A stretch of DNA of 64,000 nt, from contig JADFMM010000002.1 of the NCBI GenBank assembly GCA_022563885.1, positions 6,786-70,785 of the forward strand. Reading direction: 5' to 3'. The DNA is from Planctomycetota bacterium. GTDB lineage: Bacteria; Planctomycetota; Phycisphaerae; Sedimentisphaerales; Anaerobacaceae. The notes beneath the pieces are model-generated. The model had not been told where the DNA came from. It saw only the letters and a list, made by a program, of their open reading frames with translations, and did no database searches. The position numbers were made by a program, and so were the translations under genes. This document shows, piece after piece, positions 7,585 to 16,932 of this stretch; position 1 is the stretch's first letter, and the number at the start of each line of letters is the position of its first letter.

Positions 7585-9438
7585 TCACCGAGCAGAGTCC
7601 GGGTGTTGACCCAAGGGTTTTATCCAGCTCCTGGCTTGCCTGATTGTTCCTAGCAGTTCGGCTAGTTCATTCGCACGATATATGCCCCGCAGTTTGATCG
7701 GCTCTTTGGCGGGTATCAAGAGAATCGTGACGGGAACATTGCCCGCTTCGCCATAGGTGTCTTTCAAGGCAGCGGTTGCGGCCAGGTCGTGCGTCGTGGT
7801 GTCAGCCTTGATGGCCAGCACGTTCTTAGCTTCCATGAGTTCGACGATTTCGTCATCGTGAAATACCCGCTTTTCCACGACTTTGCAGTTGGTGCACCAA
7901 TCGGCCGTGAACTTGAGCAGCACAGACTGACCCTGGGTCTGAGCTGCGGCGATCACAGATGCATCATAGGGTTGCCACTGAAGTTGAGTGGGTGCCGCGG
8001 CCGGCAGTAGCCAGAATGCTCCGAGTACAGCGAGGGTTGCGGCGACGCCCCGAACCGTCCATCGTTTGCCGGTTGGCGTGGCAAAGTTGACCCATTGTCC
8101 CCACATCCACACACAAAAGCTGAAGAGGACACCATACATGAGACAATTCAGCAATCTCTCCTTGGGTAGAGCGGCCAAGCCGAGCTTGACGGCAATAAAA
8201 ATAAGTAGGAAGCCGCAAGATTTTTTGAATAATTCCATCCACGCGCCAGGTTTTGGCATCCTGTCGAGTAAGCCGGGGACCAAAATGATCACGGCGTAGG
8301 GCAAGGCCATCCCAATGCCCATCAGGACAATTGTCACACTGCTGACCAGAATGGGCTGCGTCTGTGCCCACACGAGCACAAAGGCCAGTAGGGCACCGCT
8401 GCAGGGAATGCTCAGCACTGCGGCGAAGAAACCGGTGCCCAGTGATCCGGCCACACCTACGCCGGAACTCTGCCGGTTCGCCACACCTGAGGGCAGTGTC
8501 AGAGGAACGACATCCAACATCACCAAACCAAAGAGGGTGATCGCCAAAAAGAGGCCGATGGTGACAGGGGGATACCGAAAGAGTCCATTCAGATCGAGCA
8601 CTGCCCCGGTCGTGGCTTGCAGGATGCCCGCCAGAGCAGCGAACGCGACGAAGAAGAGGATGATACCCAGGCAAAAGGCAATCCCTTGACGCACCCGCTT
8701 GGCAGAAGACGCTTTCGAGTGTTCCAACAGACGCATGATGACGATCGGGATGATGGGCAAGACACAGGGCATCAGATTGATGGAGATGCCCGCGATCACG
8801 GCGAGGAAGAGATACTTGGCCAAGGCGTAGGTTGGGCCATTGTTGTTCGGATCCGAGACTTGCGCGACGGGTCCCGTCGTACCCCCGGTTCGAGGAGTCA
8901 AGTCAGCTGTGATCGTGGTCCACGGCGCAGCGGGCCCGGGCGTAAACGACAAAACCAGGCCCTTTTTTGTCGGGGGTGTACAGGCCTCGTTCGTGCAGGC
9001 CTGTCCAGAGACGGTCACCTTCACGTCGAGTGGTTTTGTCGGGTCGGGTTGACCCTTGAAGGGAATGAAGACATCGAAGTTGCCCTCGAACACGTCGAGC
9101 CGTTCGCCACTCAGAGGATCGCGGAAGTCCGCAGGCTGCGGAAAGAGCGGCTCTCCAAAGGCCACCTGATCGCTGCTCGCTATGACCGTGAGCTCGAATC
9201 CCGGGACGGGGGCGGAGTCCATTGTGGCGTAGTAATGCAAGTCCTCGCTGCCTCTGAATTGGGCAACAATGCCCTCCAACCCGTCCAGCTTCGCAGGCAG
9301 CAGCCGGACTGATGAGATGTCCGCGTCGATCCCCAAAATTCTGGTGAACCCTTGCGGCGCAGGATCCTGGGCAGCGCAGAGGCCGAAACACAAAAGGACG
9401 ACAGAGCCGACGATGAATGGTCGTTTTAGATTATTCAC
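7585..9438 (-). CDS. dsbD: Thiol:disulfide interchange protein DsbD-like (N-terminal domain + CcdA-type membrane core + thioredoxin)
   Basis: Signal peptide; DsbD-N-like QACTNEACTPP; membrane core with LMPCVLPIIP and IPCSGALLAF cysteines; C-terminal thioredoxin fold with FTADWCTNCK. Confidence 0.85.
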   Translation of the reverse strand: MNNLKRPFIVGSVVLLCFGLCAAQDPAPQGFTRILGIDADISSVRLLPAKLDGLEGIVAQFRGSEDLHYYATMDSAPVPGFELTVIASSDQVAFGEPLFPQPADFRDPLSGERLDVFEGNFDVFIPFKGQPDPTKPLDVKVTVSGQACTNEACTPPTKKGLVLSFTPGPAAPWTTITADLTPRTGGTTGPVAQVSDPNNNGPTYALAKYLFLAVIAGISINLMPCVLPIIPIVIMRLLEHSKASSAKRVRQGIAFCLGIILFFVAFAALAGILQATTGAVLDLNGLFRYPPVTIGLFLAITLFGLVMLDVVPLTLPSGVANRQSSGVGVAGSLGTGFFAAVLSIPCSGALLAFVLVWAQTQPILVSSVTIVLMGIGMALPYAVIILVPGLLDRMPKPGAWMELFKKSCGFLLIFIAVKLGLAALPKERLLNCLMYGVLFSFCVWMWGQWVNFATPTGKRWTVRGVAATLAVLGAFWLLPAAAPTQLQWQPYDASVIAAAQTQGQSVLLKFTADWCTNCKVVEKRVFHDDEIVELMEAKNVLAIKADTTTHDLAATAALKDTYGEAGNVPVTILLIPAKEPIKLRGIYRANELAELLGTIRQARSWIKPLGQHPDSAR

Positions 9439-9643
9439 AGCGATCTTTCCACAAACGAGCTTAGATGGGCAGGGCTCCCTTCGTTCGGCGGCGAGTACGT
9501 CCCAAGCCCTGTTCGAGCCCTACTCGTCCCAGCCAGCGCAGGCAAAAACGACCGATGCGGACAGAAGGTTCCCCTTTTACAACTCGACACAATTCGCCCA
9601 AGGACCGCTGGGTCGTCCTTGTCGTGGACGGCCGAGACATGGC

Positions 9644-11674
9644 CTAGGCTACCTCACTGTCGTCCTGGTTACTACGGTCGTCGCTCTCGCTACGTTCAGA
9701 TTCCTTCGACCCTTCGGTGTCCTTCGCCGGCGTCTTGGCCTGCTCCGCAGCCAGCAAGTCACCGACGGTGGGCTTATCCAGTTGCTCACCCTTGATGATA
9801 GTCATGACCTCATCTGCATCGAGCGTTTCATACTTCAGGAGCGCCTGGGCGACGTCGTGGAGGTTGTCACGCTTTTCCTCGAGGAGTATTCGGGCCTTTT
9901 TGTAGGCCTCCCCCGTCAGGGCCTTGATCTCCTGGTCGATCTCCCGTGCCGTTTTGTCGGAATACTCTTTTTCGGCAGGCAAGCCGTAGGACTCCATGAG
10001 TGGACTCTCCATACTATAGCTTACCAGCCCCAGCACGTCGCTCATACCCCAAGTGGAGACCATCTGCTTGGCAATGTTGGTGGCTTGTTCGATGTCCCCC
10101 TGCGCGCCACTGGAGATGTCGTCGCAGAAGAGTTCTTCACCGACACGACCGCCGTAGCAGACCTGCATCAGGGCCATGCAGTACCTTCGCGTATACATGG
10201 TGCGGTCCTTCTCGGGGAGAGCGAACGTCGCCCCCCCCATCGGTCCTCGGGGAATGATACTGACCTTGTGCAGCGGATCCGCGTCTTCCAGTAGGCACTG
10301 GATAACCGTGTGACCTGCTTCATGGTAAGCGGTGATGATGCGTTCCTGTTCATCGATCACGCGGCTCTTCTTCGCTCGACCCCAGCGAACCTTATCACGG
10401 GCTTCCTCCAGGTCCTCCAACTCGACTTGATCCTTGTTGCCCAGGGTGGCCGCGAGCGCCGCCTCATTGATCGTCGCCTCCAGGTCGGCGCCGCTGAACA
10501 TGGGTGTCCCGCGCGCGATCCGTTCCATGGCGACTTCCGGATCCAGTTTGACCTTCTTGGCATGGACTTGCAAGATTTCCAGTCGTCCCCGCAGGTCGGG
10601 TAGGGGCACGACAACCTGACGGTCAAACCGGCCCGGGCGAGTCAGGGCGTGGTCCAGGATATCGCCGCGGTTGGTGGCTGCCACCACAATGACCTGATCA
10701 TTGGTATCGAAGCCATCCATCTCCACCAGGATCGCATTGAGGGTCTGTTCGCGTTCATCATGGCCGCCCCCCGCGAAACTCCCCCCGCGTTTACGTCCGA
10801 TGGCATCGACCTCGTCCAAAAAGATGATGCAGGGAGCATTTTCTTTGGCCTGCTTGAAGAGGTCTCGTACGCGGGATGCTCCCACACCCACAAACATCTC
10901 CACAAAATCGCTTCCGGAGATACTGAAAAAGGGGACATTCGCCTCTCCCGCAATGGCCTTGGCCAGGAGTGTCTTACCGCATCCGGGTGGCCCCACGAGG
11001 AGCACACCCCGGGGGATGCGACCCCCCAGCCGCTGAAAGCGCTTGGGGTTCTTGAGGAACTCGATGATTTCAGTCACCTCATCCTTGGCCTCTTCTATGC
11101 CCGCGACGTCGTTGAAGGTCACCTTGTTATTATTGTCCTTCCCCTGCATGCGGTGCTTGCTGCGGCCGAAAGACATTAACATGCCACCGGCCCCCCCTCG
11201 CATGTTGCGGGCAAAGAGGAAATAGAATACACCGACAATCAAGAGTAGCGGGAAGATGTAGCTCATGAAGAACTCGAGCATCAACTTACGCTCCACATAT
11301 TCAAACTCCACACGGTGGTCCCTGAGCATGTCTCGCAGCCCGTCCCCGTGCAGTTCGGGGCGATAACTGACCCTAAACCGGTCCGTCTCCTTGCCGCCGG
11401 ACAGCTCCTGCGGTTCCTTAAATTTGCCTTTGATCTCGAGATCGCCGATTTTGACGCTGTCGACGCTGTTCGCGTTAACGTAGTCTTCAAAATCAGTCCA
11501 AGTGATCTTGGATCCGGACATACCGGTATTCAGCAAGCTCATGGCAAGGAGGACCAGGGCAATCAAAAAGATGTAGTTGAAGGGCCTACCCTTCTTAGAT
11601 CCCAACTTGGGTTTCTTGCCAAACAGTTGCCCGCGTTTTTTGGAGGTATCTTGTGTATTTTTCTGATCACTCAT
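9644..11674 (-). CDS. ftsH: ATP-dependent zinc metalloprotease FtsH
   Basis: Two N-terminal TM helices, Walker [14 protein letters not shown], Walker [10 protein letters not shown], second region of homology, and zinc site HEAGHTV. Confidence 0.97.
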   Translation of the reverse strand: MSDQKNTQDTSKKRGQLFGKKPKLGSKKGRPFNYIFLIALVLLAMSLLNTGMSGSKITWTDFEDYVNANSVDSVKIGDLEIKGKFKEPQELSGGKETDRFRVSYRPELHGDGLRDMLRDHRVEFEYVERKLMLEFFMSYIFPLLLIVGVFYFLFARNMRGGAGGMLMSFGRSKHRMQGKDNNNKVTFNDVAGIEEAKDEVTEIIEFLKNPKRFQRLGGRIPRGVLLVGPPGCGKTLLAKAIAGEANVPFFSISGSDFVEMFVGVGASRVRDLFKQAKENAPCIIFLDEVDAIGRKRGGSFAGGGHDEREQTLNAILVEMDGFDTNDQVIVVAATNRGDILDHALTRPGRFDRQVVVPLPDLRGRLEILQVHAKKVKLDPEVAMERIARGTPMFSGADLEATINEAALAATLGNKDQVELEDLEEARDKVRWGRAKKSRVIDEQERIITAYHEAGHTVIQCLLEDADPLHKVSIIPRGPMGGATFALPEKDRTMYTRRYCMALMQVCYGGRVGEELFCDDISSGAQGDIEQATNIAKQMVSTWGMSDVLGLVSYSMESPLMESYGLPAEKEYSDKTAREIDQEIKALTGEAYKKARILLEEKRDNLHDVAQALLKYETLDADEVMTIIKGEQLDKPTVGDLLAAEQAKTPAKDTEGSKESERSESDDRSNQDDSEVA

Positions 11675-11716
11675 GATGTTATCGTCAAAGAAGTCTCTAT
11701 CTAACGGGGGTGACCA

Positions 11717-12319
11717 TCACCATCTGGTTTCCATCAACTCGACAATCTTGACCGCCAATCGATTGGTCGCCAGCTTGGACCCATACGCCTGGTGCTGTTG
11801 CAGGGCTGTGCTAAAGCTTGCCGAGGCGACCACCGTTTCATTGTCGGCCAGCAGGGCGCCTGTCTTGTAGTTTTTCCAGCTCACCACGGCTCTCAGAATG
11901 AGTTCCTGTTCGACGCTGTTTCCTGTGTCTCGGTCGGTCATGAGGACGCCTTGCGAAACAGAGGTGATCTGTCCGGTCATGACCGTGTCGGCGAGGTCTG
12001 GGTCCGATACGATCTTGTAGGGTGTCCGTGCCTCGATACGTTTTGCGAGGGCGTCTGTCAGATCATACTCCATATTGCGCCAAAAGGTCCGATTGTCGAA
12101 CATGTGCAAATAGATCGTGTCGACATCTTGAGGGAAGAGAGACTGCTGCGAGTAGCCGGCCCAGGGCACACAGCCACACAGACAGACAAATAGACAGATG
12201 CCCGTCCAGAATCCCACAGAGGGTGGAGCCGACGTCGTACGGAGCACCGCTCGGGAATATTGCGGAGTCACCAAGGGACGCGACCCGAACTTACTAGTAT
12301 GAGTCGTCTGTTGGAACAC
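11717..12319 (-). CDS. LptE-like lipoprotein (putative LPS-assembly lipoprotein)
   Basis: Lipobox-like LFVCLCGC, then DTIYLHMFDNRTFWRNMEYDLTDALAKRI ... ADTVMTGQITS ... LATNRLAVKIVELME. This resembles the LptE family layout as I recall it, not a verified hit. The start is uncertain because it overlaps the upstream gene by 26 nt. Confidence 0.4.
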   Translation of the reverse strand: MFQQTTHTSKFGSRPLVTPQYSRAVLRTTSAPPSVGFWTGICLFVCLCGCVPWAGYSQQSLFPQDVDTIYLHMFDNRTFWRNMEYDLTDALAKRIEARTPYKIVSDPDLADTVMTGQITSVSQGVLMTDRDTGNSVEQELILRAVVSWKNYKTGALLADNETVVASASFSTALQQHQAYGSKLATNRLAVKIVELMETRW

Positions 12320-13274
12320 GTGTACGCGCTTCCTGTGCGGCCTCGGTGTCCGGCCAGTTGGTAATGATCATATCAAAATAGATATTGGCAGCCTGTTCTT
12401 TTCCCGTTCTCCGGTAGTACTGGCCAATCGATAGTTCCTTGTGGGCAATCTGCTCATCAATCTCCGCGATCACCTCGGCAATCCCGAGTTCTCCGGCCTC
12501 CTCCGGAAAGAGAACGCTGAACTTGTCGTAGTATGACCGTGACGTCTTCAGGCTCGTCCCGTCGAAAAGAGCCCGCCTCTCGGGGGGGTGGGAATTATAC
12601 ACTGCTCGTTTGTTTCTGGCCATGCCGAGCAGCGCCTGCTGTCCGAGATCGCCACTTTGCCACACCGTTGATATCTCCAGCCACTTGAGATAGGCCTCTT
12701 CATGTTGCTCTCGTTTTTCATGGCTCTGGGCAACGGCCCGGGCAGCCCGCACACCCATGCCGTTTGGATCCTCCAGCCCAACCTCGTCGGTGACCACTTC
12801 GAGGATCGCGGCGCCCTCGGAGTAGCCCCGCAAACTGAAGACACCCAAAACTGACTTCTTTCTTCCGTTTAAGTATGCGGTGCCTATTTTGTATAGACGT
12901 TTCAGAGCCGGATCCTTCAGGGGGCTGTCCGGGTAGTCTTCCAGGAGTCCCTCGTAGACCTTGGCGGATTTTAACCACTTGTTTCTGGTGAGATAGTCCT
13001 CCGCTTCCAGCAATGGGGCCAGGTCCAGCGCCAGCATCTGGGGATACTCCAGTCGAATTGCAGAGAGGACCTGCTCGGCGTCCTTGTAGCGCTTATGATC
13101 CAGATGGTACTGAAAGGCCGCGACATGGGCATGAAGCTCTTTCACTTCCTTCTCGGACAGCGTTCGGTGAGGCGGCATCAGATCGGGCTTATTCTTCTTG
13201 GGCAGCAGGGCGCAAGACGTCCCCACAAGAACGAATAGAACCAGTGCGCTAAAACCGAATAGCTGTTTCACCAT
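12294..13274 (-). CDS. TPR-type lipoprotein, BamD/YfiO-like
   Basis: Signal/lipobox LVGTSCALL, helical-repeat body, and a C-terminal IAHKELSIGQYYRRTGKEQAANIYFDMIITNWPDTEAAQEA that resembles the BamD C-terminal pattern. Confidence 0.45.
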   Translation of the reverse strand: MVKQLFGFSALVLFVLVGTSCALLPKKNKPDLMPPHRTLSEKEVKELHAHVAAFQYHLDHKRYKDAEQVLSAIRLEYPQMLALDLAPLLEAEDYLTRNKWLKSAKVYEGLLEDYPDSPLKDPALKRLYKIGTAYLNGRKKSVLGVFSLRGYSEGAAILEVVTDEVGLEDPNGMGVRAARAVAQSHEKREQHEEAYLKWLEISTVWQSGDLGQQALLGMARNKRAVYNSHPPERRALFDGTSLKTSRSYYDKFSVLFPEEAGELGIAEVIAEIDEQIAHKELSIGQYYRRTGKEQAANIYFDMIITNWPDTEAAQEARTRVPTDDSY

Positions 13275-13474
13275 CGAGACCTTCCCCGCAACTCAAGCAA
13301 GAGTTAGCTATCCACCGAGACACAAACATCGCAGTATACATTCTGAAACCGGCCTTGCCTAGCCGAGATTCAGTGAAAAATGGGGCAGGTGGAGTCCTGA
13401 GAAGATAGGGGGTTTCCCGGGAACCTGTCTCCTCTGCTGACTTCTCGCCAGTCACTGTGAGCGTCACGCTGCCC

Positions 13475-13503
13475 TTGACCCTGGCACGAGCATTACGTAT
13501 ATT
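13475..13503 (+). promoter_or_regulatory. sigma70-like promoter candidate for hisS
   Basis: -35 TTGACC (13475-13480), 17-nt spacer, -10 TATATT (13498-13503), 83 nt upstream of the hisS ATG. Confidence 0.45.
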
Positions 13504-13586
13504 GACTCGCCTCCCCACCGGGCGACAAAGTCGGGGACCCCGGTCGTGCAAAAAGTGAACCGTCAGTGTAGGAGTCAGACCACGAA

Positions 13587-14876
13587 ATGAAAGTACCTGC
13601 CGTCAAGGGAACGCGCGACTTTTATCCACCGTTGATGGCCCGACGTAACTACCTTGTCGATGGGTGGAAGGCAGCCGCTAACCGGAACGGCTTCGAGGAG
13701 TACGATGGGCCGATCTTGGAGTACCTCAAGATGTATCAGATCAAAAGCGGTGATGAGATCGTCGATCAGCTCTTTTCTCTTCAGGACCGGGGCGGCCGGG
13801 ACTTGGCGATTCGCCCCGAGATCACGCCCACGCTGGCCCGTATGGTCAATCAGCAGATTAATGCCCTGCCCCGTCCTATCAAATGGTTCTCTGTCCCCAG
13901 ACTCTGCCGGGCGGAGCGTCCGCAGAAGGGGCGCCTGCGAGAGTTCTTTCAATGGAATATTGATGTCATTGGCGCGGAGGATCTACTCGCAGATGCCGAG
14001 GTGATCTGTTGTGCCTTGGACTACTTGCAGAGCACCGGCTTGACGGCGGACGATGTGGTCGTGCGGATTTCGAGTCGCAGGATGTTGGCGGAGATGCTTA
14101 AGGCGATTGGTGTGGCCGAGGATCAGTTAGAGTCTCTCTACCCGCTGCTGGACAAAAAGGGAAGAATGGCCCCCGACGCCTTCGAAGCGGCACTCGGCGA
14201 TCTGGTCCCGGCCGCAGATCCGATGAACAAGATTCTGGATCTCATGAAGGCCGAGCGCCTGGAGCAAGTCTCCGAGGGCGTGACGATGACGGGACCGGCC
14301 CAGGCCTCCGTGGAGGAACTGTCCAGCCTGTTCGATCTGCTGGACCGGATGGGGGTGGCCGATTTCTGCCGCTTTGACATTTCCATCGTCCGGGGCTTGG
14401 CCTACTACACCGGCGTGGTGTTCGAGATCTACGATCGCGACTGCGAGTTGCGGGCCTTGGGAGGAGGCGGTCGCTACGACAATTTGCTAAAGCAATTCGG
14501 CGGACCCCAAGTGACCGCAACGGGCTTGGGCATGGGCGATTGCGTCCTAGCCATCCTTTTGGAGGAAAAGGGACTCTTGGCCGGCAGGGTCCCGACTCGC
14601 TCGCTCGACTACTATGTGGCCTGCGTGGACAAACGGTACTTTCCGCAGGCCGTCGAGATCGTTGCTCGCCTCCGCCGAGCCGGCCGCCGTGCCAATCTGA
14701 GTTATCGGCAGACCGGCCTGGGCAAGCAGTTGAAGCAGGCCTCTGAGCAAAACGCCACGGAGGTGGTCATCGTCGGCGCCGAGATCGAGTCCCAACGGGT
14801 CGCCGTAAAGGCTCTGGCCAGTGGCGAGCAGAGAGTCGTCGCGGTCGATCAGTTTTTCGCCGGACTGCAGGCGTAA
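13587..14876 (+). CDS. hisS: Histidine--tRNA ligase
   Basis: KGTRDFYP, motif 2 RLCRAERPQKGRLREFFQWNIDVIG, motif 3 GGGRYDNLL ... GLGMG, plus a C-terminal anticodon-binding domain. This makes it HisS rather than HisZ. Confidence 0.93.
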   Translation: MKVPAVKGTRDFYPPLMARRNYLVDGWKAAANRNGFEEYDGPILEYLKMYQIKSGDEIVDQLFSLQDRGGRDLAIRPEITPTLARMVNQQINALPRPIKWFSVPRLCRAERPQKGRLREFFQWNIDVIGAEDLLADAEVICCALDYLQSTGLTADDVVVRISSRRMLAEMLKAIGVAEDQLESLYPLLDKKGRMAPDAFEAALGDLVPAADPMNKILDLMKAERLEQVSEGVTMTGPAQASVEELSSLFDLLDRMGVADFCRFDISIVRGLAYYTGVVFEIYDRDCELRALGGGGRYDNLLKQFGGPQVTATGLGMGDCVLAILLEEKGLLAGRVPTRSLDYYVACVDKRYFPQAVEIVARLRRAGRRANLSYRQTGLGKQLKQASEQNATEVVIVGAEIESQRVAVKALASGEQRVVAVDQFFAGLQA

Positions 14877-14888
14877 CCGGAGCGAGCG

Positions 14889-15542
14889 GTGAGAATCATT
14901 GCAGGCAAGAAGAGGGGCATGAAACTGCAGAGCCCGGGCAGTGACCTGTCGCGTCCTATCCTCGACCGGGTCAAGGAATCGCTGTACAGTGTCCTCTACC
15001 AGTATGCCTTGCCTGCCGAAGCGATGGTGGCGGATCTCTTTTGCGGAGTTGGCTCTCTCGGCCTCGAGGCCCTCAGTCGTGGGGCCGAGTTTGTCACCTT
15101 CGTTGAGCGAGACACCAAGATCAGTGCGGTGCTCGAGAAAAACATTGCCAAGGCCGGCTTTGTCAAGGAGACAAGGGTCATCACCACCAATGCCTTTCAG
15201 GTGGGGGCGGCAACGGTGCCGGGCCAAGCGAAGTACGATCTGGTGTTCGTGGATCCACCTTACCCACTCACCCGAGACGTTGGGCTCGCTTCCCAGTTGG
15301 CCCGCTTGATGAATCTCCTAGAAACGCAGGTCACCGATCAAGCGCTCGTCTCCGTGCGGACCGACAAGAAAACCGGCCTGCTGCAACAGTATGGCCGCTT
15401 TGAACTCTTGGATCGACGGGTCTGGGGCAGTATGGCCGTTTGCCTCTTGCGACTGCGCCACACCGGACACACGGGAGCAGGGGATGCCGTCGGTGAGCCC
15501 GTCTTTCTGGATGAGATCGATCTGGATCAACGAGAGACATGA
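14889..15542 (+). CDS. rsmD: 16S rRNA (guanine966-N2)-methyltransferase RsmD
   Basis: MRIIAGKKRGMKL..P....RPILDRVKESLYSVL, SAM motif DLFCGVGSLGLEALSRGA, and catalytic VFVDPPY. GTG start at 14889. Confidence 0.85.
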   Translation: MRIIAGKKRGMKLQSPGSDLSRPILDRVKESLYSVLYQYALPAEAMVADLFCGVGSLGLEALSRGAEFVTFVERDTKISAVLEKNIAKAGFVKETRVITTNAFQVGAATVPGQAKYDLVFVDPPYPLTRDVGLASQLARLMNLLETQVTDQALVSVRTDKKTGLLQQYGRFELLDRRVWGSMAVCLLRLRHTGHTGAGDAVGEPVFLDEIDLDQRET

Positions 15543-16774
15543 CGAACCACGATGCCGCCATTCGAATCATCAAGAGGCTGAGGGCTCACGAGTTTGACGC
15601 CTTGCTGGCGGGCGGCTGCGTGCGTGACATGCTGCTGGGTGTGCGGGCCAAAGACTACGATGTAGCGACCAATGCGGAGCCGGCGGACGTGATCTCGCTC
15701 TTTCCCCGCACCCTGCGGGTGGGGGCGCAGTTTGGGGTGATAGTCGTCCTGTTGGAGGGTCAACAGGTCGAAGTCGCGACCTTTCGCACCGATGGGGACT
15801 ACCACGACGGACGCCGGCCCAGCAAGATTCAATTTGCCGGCGCCGAAGAGGATGCGGCCAGGCGAGACTTTACCATTAATGGCATGTTTTACGATCCTCG
15901 CAAGAAGGAAGTCATCGACTATGTGGGGGGACGAAGGGACATCAAGCGTCGCGTCCTACGCACGATCGGGCGGCCCGCCGAGCGTTTTGGGGAAGACTTT
16001 CTCCGCATGCTCCGCGCCGTGCGTTTTTCCACCCGTCTGGGCTTCCGCATCGAGGCGCAGACCCGGCAGGCCATGTGCGCCTCCGCCCATCAGATCGTTC
16101 GTATCAGTGGCGAACGGGTATGCCTCGAGCTTGAAGGCATATTCACCCATCCTCGCCGTGGCGAAGGCGTCCGTCTGTTGGTGGAAACCGGCCTGACGCC
16201 GGCGCTCTTTCCCGACATGTTGCCGGAACAGCATCAGGCCGCCGTCGCCGTCCTGAGCCGGCTGAGAAAAAACGTCGATTTTGCCCTGACCTTGGCGAGT
16301 TTCTGTGTCGGATGCGAGACCGCCGAGGCCCTGGATGGGTTGCAGTTTCTCAAGTTGAGTCGCAAGCAGGTCAAGCAGATCAAGTTTCTCCTCCGCCATC
16401 GAGGCAGGCTGCTCTGTGATGACATGTCCCTGGCCGATCTCAAGCTAATGACCGGAGAGCCTTATTTCTGGGATCTGTATGAGTTCCAGCGGGCCACTCA
16501 GCGTGCCAACGGCCGGAGCATTCATGCCCTGGTGACATTGCGGCAGCGTATTCGCGCCTTGGGCGAAACGGACCTGCGTCCCGATCCTCTGCTCAACGGT
16601 CACGACCTGATTCGCCTCGGAGCGGTCCCGGGTCCCATGGTGGGGCAGTTGGGTCAAGAAATGTATCTGGCCCAGTTGGAAGGGACACTGACCACCGTTG
16701 CGGAAGCGGAAGCGTGGGTCCGACGCTGGCTCTCTCAGCGAAAGAGAGATCCCCTCCGCTGGAAGACCCGCTGA
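15539..16774 (+). CDS. cca: CCA-adding enzyme / poly(A) polymerase family tRNA nucleotidyltransferase
   Basis: LAGGCVRDMLLGVRAKDYDVATNAEP, FRTDGDY, RRDFTINGMFYD. ATGA overlap with the rsmD stop. Confidence 0.85.
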   Translation: MTNHDAAIRIIKRLRAHEFDALLAGGCVRDMLLGVRAKDYDVATNAEPADVISLFPRTLRVGAQFGVIVVLLEGQQVEVATFRTDGDYHDGRRPSKIQFAGAEEDAARRDFTINGMFYDPRKKEVIDYVGGRRDIKRRVLRTIGRPAERFGEDFLRMLRAVRFSTRLGFRIEAQTRQAMCASAHQIVRISGERVCLELEGIFTHPRRGEGVRLLVETGLTPALFPDMLPEQHQAAVAVLSRLRKNVDFALTLASFCVGCETAEALDGLQFLKLSRKQVKQIKFLLRHRGRLLCDDMSLADLKLMTGEPYFWDLYEFQRATQRANGRSIHALVTLRQRIRALGETDLRPDPLLNGHDLIRLGAVPGPMVGQLGQEMYLAQLEGTLTTVAEAEAWVRRWLSQRKRDPLRWKTR

Positions 16775-16932
16775 CCCAGTGGGGGGGCACGCCGCCAGGT
16801 AGCGAAACGAGGAGCAGTTAATCGTTGAGGCGCTTCTCCGAGGAGCGTGTTTTGGATCGGGCTTCGCTGCCCCAACTCTTCGGTGCGTGCTTTCTTTTGT
16901 GACCTCTTAGTCGGGGCGGGGGGGCGGGGGGA

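Noticed and set aside
16913-16932. G-runs GGGGCGGGGGGGCGGGGGG next to the glycosyltransferase stop codon, a possible G-quadruplex.
   Set aside because: There are only three clear G-tracts. The sequence is the complement of nothing coding and sits in a short convergent spacer. With no supporting feature, it may simply be GC-rich filler.
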